Below, in pieces: positions 39,358-47,706 of a DNA stretch of 61,242 nt (position 1 is the first letter of the stretch; each line of letters opens with the position of its first letter). Source of the DNA: a virus (lineage: Duplodnaviria > Heunggongvirae > Uroviricota > Caudoviricetes); the IMG/VR virus record IMGVR_UViG_3300031994_005355, one strand, 5' to 3'. The notes below the pieces were generated by a model. That model made no database searches. It was not told the DNA's origin and saw only the letters and a program-made list of their open reading frames with translations. A program made the position numbers and the translations under genes.

Positions 39358-40096
39358 TGGTGTACCTGATAATGAAGTAATTGATATCGACACATATTGT
39401 CCTAAATGTGGTGGAACTGGTATAACACCTTTTGGTGAAGTATGTACCTGTCCTAATGCACACCATGCATTTGGTGTAGGTGTGAGTTGTTTAGATGTTC
39501 CTAAACAATATGCAGGACGTCACTTCAATAGTAAGCTAGTCCCTAGTGACTGCGGTCCAACTTATGGTTCATACTTACAGAAATTCCACGATAATATAAT
39601 TGCAATGAAGTACGTGAATTATAATTGTTTAATATGTTCACCTATTGCACATTCTAAAACTGTTCTAGCATATTCTGTGCTTGAAAGTCTCTTTCGTAAA
39701 AACATTCCTACTTTTCCAGTATGTACAATATTGGAACTACGACGTATCTTACGTGATATGGATGCTGGAGTTACAGGTGACTATGGTTTTTCAACTCCTG
39801 TGTCAAATCTTATGTCAGCACCATATATCTTTGTAAAAATCCCTATGATTCTTTCTTGGGAAGTTTATCCTACTATGGTAGATATTCTAGACAGACGTGT
39901 TCGTAGAAATTTATCTACAATATTTATCTTTGACGGCTACATTGATGATTTAGAAAAATTTGATAAATCAAATATACTGCGTAGCATAAAAGGTAATGGT
40001 ACATTTCACACTATTGATGTTCATAACTTCTATAAAATATCACATGATTCTGATATACAGAAGTTTAATGATATGCTAAAAGAATTTCAGGCTTAG
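39350..40096 (+). CDS. DnaC/IstB-like AAA+ helicase-loader homolog with N-terminal Zn-binding motif and degenerate Walker motifs
   Basis: CPKCGGTG...CTC; LICSPIAHSKTVLAYSV at the Walker A position; DILDRRVRRNLSTIFI matches the C-terminal DnaC pattern. Track start 39338. Confidence 0.65.
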   Translation: MFNGVPDNEVIDIDTYCPKCGGTGITPFGEVCTCPNAHHAFGVGVSCLDVPKQYAGRHFNSKLVPSDCGPTYGSYLQKFHDNIIAMKYVNYNCLICSPIAHSKTVLAYSVLESLFRKNIPTFPVCTILELRRILRDMDAGVTGDYGFSTPVSNLMSAPYIFVKIPMILSWEVYPTMVDILDRRVRRNLSTIFIFDGYIDDLEKFDKSNILRSIKGNGTFHTIDVHNFYKISHDSDIQKFNDMLKEFQA

Positions 40097-40104
40097 GAGT
40101 AAGA

Positions 40105-40551
40105 ATGGATTATGTAGCATTTGTTGATGGTTCTTATGGTGAATATGAAGGTAAGAAGATGTATGGTTCTGCCGCAATATATGCACCAGTTGGAACTACA
40201 GATTGGACAATACTTAAATATGTAGGAGATAATCCTGAATATCTTCAACATCGTAATGTAGCTGGTGAAGTGTTTGCTGTAATCTCCTTATGTAATCATG
40301 TTTTAGAAAATGTCAAGGACTGTTCAAGTCTTTTGATATGCTATGACTACACAGGAATAGAGATGTGGCCTACAAACACTTGGAAAGCAAAGAAACCACT
40401 ATCAATAGCATATAAAAATTATATGCAGCAAATAGCGATACCACAATTAAAAATAAAATTTCAACATACACCTGGACACTCTGGAAACGAAGGTAATGAG
40501 ATCGTGGACAAGTTAGCACGCGAAGTTGTTTACGATAAGTTAAGGGAGTAA
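40105..40551 (+). CDS. rnhA: Ribonuclease HI
   Basis: AFVDGSY, RNVAGEV, CYDYTGIEMW, HTPGHSGNEGNEIVDKLA supply all four acidic catalytic residues. Confidence 0.92.
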   Translation: MDYVAFVDGSYGEYEGKKMYGSAAIYAPVGTTDWTILKYVGDNPEYLQHRNVAGEVFAVISLCNHVLENVKDCSSLLICYDYTGIEMWPTNTWKAKKPLSIAYKNYMQQIAIPQLKIKFQHTPGHSGNEGNEIVDKLAREVVYDKLRE

Positions 40552-40553
40552 AT

Positions 40554-41951
40554 TTGGATACCATATTCAAATATTTTGTAGAACGGGAAAAGGATCCTAA
40601 ATGTCTAATTTATGCAAACTGGTTTGTTGATAGATTTCCAGCAAATGAATTTGAAACTGATGAACGCATAATGTATGACTTTATGACCTATTGTGTCACA
40701 CTTAATGTCCCGTTAAAAGATAAGTATTTAGATACTTATTTAACAACCGAATTACGTAAAGTATTACGCAAGACGAATGTACACGTTCTTGGTACAGAGA
40801 CTCTTTCATATGAAGACCCTTCTGCTTTTGAGTCGGCTCTTCAAATTACAAAGAATGTTTTGAAAGATGATTTCTTAACTCTGTCTACTATGGATTGTGA
40901 CATGATTGATTTTGCTGTAGATATGAAAGCTTATATGTATAACAAGTCAAAAGAGCGTACAGCCACAATAATGTCTAATGCATTTGAAAAGATGCAAGAT
41001 ACAGACGATTCTTCTGGCAGTATAGACTACTTACTTGTTGAAGCTGAATCTATTAAAAGTATCTACGATCCTGTAGCAGTTGATGAGTTGGTCGAAAATA
41101 TTGACACTTCATCTCAAATGTCTAAGGTTGCGGAATTCGGATTACCTGCTATCGATAAAGATTCAGATGGTATATGGACTACACAGTTAGTCGGTGTTGA
41201 AGCACAGCCAGGTACTGGTAAAACACGTTTCACTTTAAATATAGTTTATAATGCAGCAACGCTACATAAAACTGATTGCCTATTTATAACGTTAGAGCAG
41301 AAACGTGAAGAAGTAGAAGCAATGCTTCTATCTAAACATATATTCACTTTATTTGGTATCGTAATGCCAGATAAATTGATAAAGAGAAATAAAGTACCTA
41401 AAGAGTATAAAGCTCAAGTTGAGTCAGCACGTATAGACCTATTTCAATCTAATAAATATGGTAAGATTGTAATAGAAGAAACAGATATGTATGTCGAAAC
41501 ATTTATAAAACACATAAAGCGTTTAGACAGACAGAAAGGTCCTTTCAAGTTAATATGTTTGGATTATATGGGACTACTTGAATCTCAAGGAGAAGTATAT
41601 CACAAAGAGAAGACTCTATATGATATTATAAAGTCTGGTTTCAGACAATTCAAACGTTATGTACGTACCTCGAATAAAGCGGGTATTGCAATTTCACAGT
41701 TTAATAAAGAAGGTATTGAAGCTGGTAAAAATGATAAGCAAATCACAACTTCTATGGCAGAAGGTGGTCAGGCAGTCTATAGAAATACTGACTTTAATAT
41801 CGCAATGTCTATGACCGAAACAATGAAAGGTCAGCAGAAACGACGTTTATCACAACCTAAGGTCAGAGACTCTGAAGGTTTTGGTAACATACTAATAAAC
41901 ACACAATTAGGAATATTGTATTTTGAACAAGTTGAACAAGTTGAAGTTTAG
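40554..41951 (+). CDS. dnaB: DnaB-like replicative helicase (SF4)
   Basis: Walker A AQPGTGKT, FITLEQ, ICLDYMGLL (Walker B), ISQFNKEG and following SF4 motifs; TTG start. Confidence 0.88.
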   Translation: MDTIFKYFVEREKDPKCLIYANWFVDRFPANEFETDERIMYDFMTYCVTLNVPLKDKYLDTYLTTELRKVLRKTNVHVLGTETLSYEDPSAFESALQITKNVLKDDFLTLSTMDCDMIDFAVDMKAYMYNKSKERTATIMSNAFEKMQDTDDSSGSIDYLLVEAESIKSIYDPVAVDELVENIDTSSQMSKVAEFGLPAIDKDSDGIWTTQLVGVEAQPGTGKTRFTLNIVYNAATLHKTDCLFITLEQKREEVEAMLLSKHIFTLFGIVMPDKLIKRNKVPKEYKAQVESARIDLFQSNKYGKIVIEETDMYVETFIKHIKRLDRQKGPFKLICLDYMGLLESQGEVYHKEKTLYDIIKSGFRQFKRYVRTSNKAGIAISQFNKEGIEAGKNDKQITTSMAEGGQAVYRNTDFNIAMSMTETMKGQQKRRLSQPKVRDSEGFGNILINTQLGILYFEQVEQVEV

Positions 41952-41960
41952 GAGTAGATA

Positions 41961-42731
41961 ATGAAAGAAGAACTTACAGCTAGTGACTTAGCCGATTTAC
42001 ATGCTAAGTACCTAACGGAAGAAGAACGTCATTTAGATGGACCTCCTCCAACAATAAGACTGAGTCACAAGAATGTTAGTGATGTGTATAACATTGCACA
42101 GTCATTTATCTCAATGTATAATTACATTCAGAATGAAACTCCAAATCAGTTATGTACAATTGATTTAAATGGCACTTCAGCACAATGTGATTATGTCCCG
42201 TTCATTGCATTAAAGACTTTAATCACATTAAGTATAACCTCAGACCAGCAACTTTCTAAAATATGTATAAACTTATTTAAGAAGTTATTATCTGGCACGT
42301 CAGTACAAACTGACCATGGTATTGTAATTACTCAAGAAACATTTGAAGAGTATATTAGCAAGTTACAATTACTGACTTACTATGGACAAGAGATTTTACG
42401 TGGTATAAGATATGCTGCATACCCTTCAACATATCTACTTATATACTGGCGTGAGATATCTTTCTGTGGTGAAGACAGATATGAGAATGCTAAATTTGAA
42501 GGTGAACGTTATATAATACATCATACAGAAATTGAAAACGAAAAGGATTTAGATGATGTATTAAATAAAGCCTATGCTGAAGCAAAAAGTAAGAAGACAT
42601 TCTTACAGAGTTTCAACACAAAGGACGTACCTAAACCGTTGATAGGAATGATGTATCTTACATTCTTAAACAATCCAGATGTATTTAAAGAATACATAAT
42701 AAACAGAAGTAAGGATGGGTTTATGGTATGA
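41961..42731 (+). CDS. Hypothetical protein
   Basis: SD AGGAG; 256 aa. Confidence 0.7.
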   Translation: MKEELTASDLADLHAKYLTEEERHLDGPPPTIRLSHKNVSDVYNIAQSFISMYNYIQNETPNQLCTIDLNGTSAQCDYVPFIALKTLITLSITSDQQLSKICINLFKKLLSGTSVQTDHGIVITQETFEEYISKLQLLTYYGQEILRGIRYAAYPSTYLLIYWREISFCGEDRYENAKFEGERYIIHHTEIENEKDLDDVLNKAYAEAKSKKTFLQSFNTKDVPKPLIGMMYLTFLNNPDVFKEYIINRSKDGFMV

Positions 42732-42886
42732 AAGCTTTTACATTATCAGGAAACATTTTTATGATTCTGATTATTATAGCTTTCATTTTTATTGCAGCTA
42801 AAGTAGTAAAAACTGGAAAGCATTTGGTAATTGGAATCGCATTAATTTTGGCATTTATCTTTTTCATTTTACCCAGATTATTTTAG
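42728..42886 (+). CDS. Small two-TM protein (52 aa), not in ORF track
   Basis: ATGA overlap; MKAFTLSGNIFMILIIIAFIFIAAKVVKTGKHLVIGIALILAFIFFILPRLF*; stop merges with the next SD (TAGGAGG). Confidence 0.65.
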   Translation: MKAFTLSGNIFMILIIIAFIFIAAKVVKTGKHLVIGIALILAFIFFILPRLF

Positions 42887-42894
42887 GAGGTCTA

Positions 42895-43347
42895 ATGAAA
42901 CCTAGAATAAAACCATATTACACAAAAATTACACGACGTAATAAATATACAATAATTGTAGCATCTATTATACTAATAGTAAATCTCATAATGATATTTT
43001 TGAGTTATCCAGAGGTGCCTGCCTTATATAAAGTAACGGTAATCCTGGATTACATTAGTATAGCTTACATCATACTAGCAATCATAGAACGTGTTAAATT
43101 TTATAAACCAATTGCAAATAGTGTATTTTTAGTTAAGTATATTGGTTTATATAATGCACCATTCAATATATTATATCCTTGGAACTATAATAGATTGCTT
43201 GCTAAAGTAGTATACAATGACATGGAATATCCTGCATTTGTACCTAAAGAACTACAGCCTAATCATACATATAAAGCATATAGGTTTGGTAACTATTTCT
43301 ATGTAAAATTATCTAAGAATGAAAGGGTGTTTACAAATGAACTATGA
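42895..43347 (+). CDS. Membrane protein (2 TM)
   Basis: SD AGGAGG; two N-terminal TM helices. Confidence 0.7.
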   Translation: MKPRIKPYYTKITRRNKYTIIVASIILIVNLIMIFLSYPEVPALYKVTVILDYISIAYIILAIIERVKFYKPIANSVFLVKYIGLYNAPFNILYPWNYNRLLAKVVYNDMEYPAFVPKELQPNHTYKAYRFGNYFYVKLSKNERVFTNEL

Positions 43348-43819
43348 AGCACCTATTACAATACCAGAATATTTTAAAACATATGTAGATCCTAGTGTAG
43401 ATCTCACAGTTACACATAATGTTCCTTGTCCATTTCATAATGAGCAGTCTGGTAAATCATTTACGTATTCTGCTGATAAAAATATATGGAGATGTTGGGG
43501 AGCATGTCACTTTGGTGGAGATGTGTTTGCATTACATCAATTACACTATCATCTTCATACACGTGAATCCGCAATTAAAAGTTTATATAAACTTTTGGGA
43601 AAAGATTATGAATTAGTACCTACATTTGAAAAGCGTGCTGTTCATATAGATAAAACAATGGTGGAGCGCAATACACTCTATGCTAGGGCTTGTGAGATAG
43701 CAAACAATTTAAAGGATATAGATGCATATATAGAATTAGATTATATTCTGAGTAAGGTGCCGTTTGACACAGATGATATAAAGAATTACATACAAAAGTA
43801 CGAGGTCAAGGTAAGTTAA
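43337..43819 (+). CDS. Stand-alone CHC2 zinc-finger (DnaG primase zinc-binding domain) protein
   Basis: VPCPFHNEQSGKSF...WRCWGACHFGGDVF; no Toprim catalytic domain follows. Start moved to 43337 after SD GAAAGGGTG (track 43319). Confidence 0.8.
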   Translation: MNYEAPITIPEYFKTYVDPSVDLTVTHNVPCPFHNEQSGKSFTYSADKNIWRCWGACHFGGDVFALHQLHYHLHTRESAIKSLYKLLGKDYELVPTFEKRAVHIDKTMVERNTLYARACEIANNLKDIDAYIELDYILSKVPFDTDDIKNYIQKYEVKVS

Positions 43820-44121
43820 TGTCAAGAGATATTATTGAATTTTGTACAGATAAGTTAGGTATCACAGTTGAGTCTTCAAACTTTGAAAAATTATATGATG
43901 AAAAAACAATCACTTCAAATGATACCGAAATGCATTTACTTAACGTGCTCACAGAGTACTTTAATCATACAGATAATATAAGTAAGTTACCTTTAACAGC
44001 ACACGCACTTGATCAGTGCTATTTAAGGTGTTTATATACAATGGACGATGTAAAGAAGCATATGAATTTATTAGACACAAAAACACAAAATGAATTCACA
44101 CGCTTTGGGTTAGCAGTATGA
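43819..44121 (+). CDS. Hypothetical protein
   Basis: TAATG overlap; 100 aa. Confidence 0.65.
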   Translation: MSRDIIEFCTDKLGITVESSNFEKLYDEKTITSNDTEMHLLNVLTEYFNHTDNISKLPLTAHALDQCYLRCLYTMDDVKKHMNLLDTKTQNEFTRFGLAV

Positions 44122-44134
44122 GGTAAATATATTT

Positions 44135-45007
44135 ATGTTCGTACAATACAATAACTCTCGAACATTAAATTTTGATATGTCATCGAGAGTAGACCCTTTG
44201 GATTATAATGGTGAAATAGTTGTAGCTATGGATCCAAGTAAAACTAATTTTGCTACCGTAATTGGAACTCCTGATGGACGCGTTATTGAAATAGTAGAAT
44301 TTTCTGGGAATAACAGGTCCAAAGGTCCTATTGAGGATACTACTTTATATTGTGAAGAACTAAGAACTTTCTTTACACAATACTTTGCTAATGCACAAAT
44401 TTATTTAGTGGGTATAGAAGCAGTAATAACTGTTAAAGGTAAACGTGCTGATCATGTGTCTCATATTTCTAATGTAACACTCAATGAAATACGTAGTACA
44501 GTATTAAGTTACTTTATGCATGAATATGGGATACATATACAAGAAATAAATAACTGGGCATGGAAACATGCAGAACTTCCTGAAGGTTACAGACATCCTT
44601 ATGAGAAGTATTCAAAGAAATATATACGTGATACAGACCCTACAAATCCTCTAGTAAACTATTTTCATGAAGATGCTTGTGACGCATTCTTCATATATAA
44701 ATACATGGTAGACACAATGTGTAAAAACTATATGTTAATTTGCACACAAGTAGAACCATGTGATACTGAGTATGAGTTAAGTGTGACAGAGTTAGATTCA
44801 CCGTTCATAGATGGATTGCGTGAAGTATCTTATAATGATATGTTTACTATTAAAGATAATGCAAACTTCTTTGTAAATAGGAAAATTACAGGATGTTATT
44901 TTAAAGTACCTATAAATACATTAGACCTGCCTACAATCTATGAATGTGCAGGAGGAATATCACAAAATATATTTAATGATGATGAATGTCTGGTAGTAAT
45001 ATTATGA
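44135..45007 (+). CDS. RuvC-like (RNase H fold) nuclease / Holliday junction resolvase candidate
   Basis: VVAMDPSKTNFATVI (D1), VGIEAV (E), EDACDAFFI (D-x-x-D) acidic tetrad; extra C-terminal domain of about 90 aa. Confidence 0.7.
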   Translation: MFVQYNNSRTLNFDMSSRVDPLDYNGEIVVAMDPSKTNFATVIGTPDGRVIEIVEFSGNNRSKGPIEDTTLYCEELRTFFTQYFANAQIYLVGIEAVITVKGKRADHVSHISNVTLNEIRSTVLSYFMHEYGIHIQEINNWAWKHAELPEGYRHPYEKYSKKYIRDTDPTNPLVNYFHEDACDAFFIYKYMVDTMCKNYMLICTQVEPCDTEYELSVTELDSPFIDGLREVSYNDMFTIKDNANFFVNRKITGCYFKVPINTLDLPTIYECAGGISQNIFNDDECLVVIL

Positions 45008-45153
45008 GTATAATATTCAAAATAATAAAAGATACATTCCTAGCACTATTAATATGCTCAGCATTTTTAACTTTGAAAAAGAATAAAGAAAGTAGTTTCT
45101 TAATGTTGGCATTTTTGATAATATTTTTCTTATTAGGAATTGATGTCTTTTAA
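45004..45153 (+). CDS. Small two-TM protein (49 aa), not in ORF track
   Basis: ATGA overlap; MSIIFKIIKDTFLALLICSAFLTLKKNKESSFLMLAFLIIFFLLGIDVF*. Confidence 0.6.
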   Translation: MSIIFKIIKDTFLALLICSAFLTLKKNKESSFLMLAFLIIFFLLGIDVF

Positions 45154-45169
45154 TGAAAGGTTTTTCCAA

Positions 45170-46288
45170 ATGAAAAGGTCAAGAATACTATTAATTGTAC
45201 TATTTGTCGTGCTATTAGCTACTATTGGTGTGATACTATATCTGTGGCACCAAGATAAACAGTCATGGGCGATAGAGCGTGCAAATGCCGCAACTAGTCT
45301 TGAAGCGGCTACAAGTAAGTGGGGTTCACCTGTATATTGTTATACTGTAAAAACTGGTGTAAGATCAGGTGACCTAGTTAATCAGAATGATTTGCAACAG
45401 ATTGAAATTCCTTCTATTATTGATTCATCTTATTACGTAAAAGATCCTTCCAATATAGTAGGTAAGTATTATAAGATTGCAATATCAAATCCAACAATTT
45501 TAACAAATGATATGTTCATTGATGATAAAGTAACAGATGATATGCGTAGCTTTGATATAAGTCTAACTTCATATTCAACTGGTTTAAAAGTTGGAGATTA
45601 CATAGACATATATTTCACAGCACCATATGGAGATCGTTACTTAGTACTATCAAAACTTAAAATAAGAAAAATATCTAATTCTGGATTACTCACATGTTAT
45701 CTGACGGCAACACAGAGACATATCTACACAGGTGCACTAATTGATTATTACTTGAATTCAGACTATGGTGCAACAATGACTGGCGAACGTTATATTGAAC
45801 CGGGTATGCAGCAGAAAGCTGTTGAATACTATCAGGTACCGGAAAACATTCAGGCATTGCTTCATTATGATCCTAATGTGACTGCTGATGAAATTAGTGA
45901 ACTAGATGCGTCTCAGGCACAGCGTGAAAGTATTGAACGTGCACTTGCTATCTTCCGTACGAATGAAGATACAGTTGAGTCTGATGCTGGTAAACTTAAA
46001 GCCGGACGTGATGCAACTACTGCTTTAATAAATACTGAAACACAGGCAGAAGCTGCTATGAACAATGTAGATGTTGGAGCTTCAGAATTATGGGATGATG
46101 CTTCCGGTGCTGCTAGTGATGCTGCTAGTGCTGCTAGTGATGCTGCATCTGGATTTACAGAGAGTTCAACACCTGAAACAGAGAGTAATATGGATGGTGG
46201 CGATTACTCAGATACTGGTACAACAGATACTGGTACAGCAGATACTGGTACAGCAGATACTGGTGATACAGGAGACGTAGCACAGTGA
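45170..46288 (+). CDS. cpaB: CpaB/RcpC-like Flp pilus assembly protein (SAF domain)
   Basis: N-terminal TM; SAF-like VKTGVRSGDLVNQNDL...VGKYYKIAI; GLKVGDYIDIYFTAPYGDRYLVLSK; heads a tad-like operon. Start 45170 after SD GAAAGG (track 45140). Confidence 0.7.
   Translation: MKRSRILLIVLFVVLLATIGVILYLWHQDKQSWAIERANAATSLEAATSKWGSPVYCYTVKTGVRSGDLVNQNDLQQIEIPSIIDSSYYVKDPSNIVGKYYKIAISNPTILTNDMFIDDKVTDDMRSFDISLTSYSTGLKVGDYIDIYFTAPYGDRYLVLSKLKIRKISNSGLLTCYLTATQRHIYTGALIDYYLNSDYGATMTGERYIEPGMQQKAVEYYQVPENIQALLHYDPNVTADEISELDASQAQRESIERALAIFRTNEDTVESDAGKLKAGRDATTALINTETQAEAAMNNVDVGASELWDDASGAASDAASAASDAASGFTESSTPETESNMDGGDYSDTGTTDTGTADTGTADTGDTGDVAQ
46109..46270 (+). repeat. In-frame tandem repeats in the CpaB tail
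   Basis: GCTGCTAGT three times (46109-46138) and 15-bp GATACTGGTACAGCA-type unit four times (46211-46270; DTGTA/T). Confidence 0.9.
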
Positions 46289-46869
46289 TTATAAATATAA
46301 TTGGTAAATGCGACCATAGACCTGTAGACTACACACTTATAAAACTTCTACAGGTTTATGGTGACGTAATTTATATGACTGACAACACTAAAGCATTGTC
46401 CATGTCTGATACTAAAGAACGTGGCGGATATTTTCAAAATGTCTGCATCTCTACTTTTGATAAATCACAACAGTTTGAACCTTTAAAATATGAACATAGT
46501 TATGAGTATATAATAATATCCGGTGTCATAGTACAACCATCTGACATTTCTATACATTGTACACAGACTACACCTGATAAACAGGAAAAGACTATGTTCA
46601 AGAATGACATATCAGAGTATAAATATCTGATAGAGTTATACAGTGATAAGAATAAGTATTTCGGTCCAGATTTAGCTGCAACTTTAAAGGAGTTTGAGAA
46701 AGGTGTCAATATGGTACCTATATCTGCTGGGTTGACAAATGATTTGGCAACTTGGTTATCTGAACCCTTAAAAGTAAGACCTGAATACATATATGAAACA
46801 ATAATGGGTAAAGCTCCACGGAAGAAGTTTCCTATTCCAATAAAGCTTCCAAAATTTATTAAGAGGTAA
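46285..46869 (+). CDS. Tad-locus accessory protein (possibly degenerate P-loop fold)
   Basis: GTG start overlapping the cpaB stop; IINIIGKCDHRP occupies a P-loop-like position without GKT. Confidence 0.5.
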   Translation: MIINIIGKCDHRPVDYTLIKLLQVYGDVIYMTDNTKALSMSDTKERGGYFQNVCISTFDKSQQFEPLKYEHSYEYIIISGVIVQPSDISIHCTQTTPDKQEKTMFKNDISEYKYLIELYSDKNKYFGPDLAATLKEFEKGVNMVPISAGLTNDLATWLSEPLKVRPEYIYETIMGKAPRKKFPIPIKLPKFIKR

Positions 46870-46872
46870 AGT

Positions 46873-47703
46873 ATGGCTTTTAAAGTACTAATGTTTTCAC
46901 CATTACACAATATAGGCTTAACTACAGTAACTGCAATGATTGCACACACATTCGCCTATAAAGGTTTCACATCAATGATAGGATACACTGATGTATATAA
47001 TGCAATACCAAGATACTTTGGTGTCACTGATCTTGATGACCCCACACGTTCAATTACACAGGTAATACGTATGGTGGATTCTAACTCAATAAATTCTAAA
47101 GATATTCTGAAGTATGCATATCAGTATGACATTAAACATAAAGCATACTTTATGAACTTCGGAGATTCTAGACTTAACGACACAGCACAGCACAGAATAC
47201 TTGATTATGTATTCACAAATGTGCCAACAGATTTAACAATCTTAGACATGTCTGAAGCACCTGATAATGGATTTGCACAAGAGATGATACAGAAGGCAAC
47301 ATCTATATTCATTGTGACAGACTTATCAGACAAAGGTCTTATGATTGCAAAGAACTGGATGGAGTCAGATTTATTCCCTAGTTTAGATGACGTGTATATC
47401 ATATTAAATCATTATGAGGATGTTGTTATACCGTGGAAAAGAATGGCAGATAAATTAAATGTATTACCATCACACGTGTGTAAATTACATCATAACCCAT
47501 TCATTACACAGGCATCATTGAACAATGCTTTACATACACTTGTACCTCTTATAGAGGCACATGAGCCTAAAGTAGCAAATCTAAATAATGATTTGAAAGA
47601 AATAAATCAGGCGATTAATGACTATGCTTTACAGAAGCGTAATCACATTAATTTCCAGGATGCTTTAGCTAAGCTGCAGAGGAAAACGCATATAGGTATT
47701 TAA
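46873..47703 (+). CDS. CpaE/TadZ-like MinD/ParA-family protein
   Basis: VLMFSPLHNIGLTTVTAMIA (deviant Walker A), TILDMS, IFIVTD, ILNHY; located directly before TadA. Confidence 0.65.
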   Translation: MAFKVLMFSPLHNIGLTTVTAMIAHTFAYKGFTSMIGYTDVYNAIPRYFGVTDLDDPTRSITQVIRMVDSNSINSKDILKYAYQYDIKHKAYFMNFGDSRLNDTAQHRILDYVFTNVPTDLTILDMSEAPDNGFAQEMIQKATSIFIVTDLSDKGLMIAKNWMESDLFPSLDDVYIILNHYEDVVIPWKRMADKLNVLPSHVCKLHHNPFITQASLNNALHTLVPLIEAHEPKVANLNNDLKEINQAINDYALQKRNHINFQDALAKLQRKTHIGI

Positions 47704-47706
47704 TCT

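Noticed and set aside
46211-46270. 15-bp repeats as a possible CRISPR or iteron array
   Set aside because: Units are contiguous with no spacers, are a multiple of three and encode DTGT(A/T) in frame; no cas genes are present.
1993-46280. Short alternative-frame plus-strand ORFs (1993, 28328, 35235, 43419, 46071)
   Set aside because: Fully nested in well-supported genes. The LVMLLV/QILVQ periodicity of 46071-46280 is only the cpaB repeat read in another frame.
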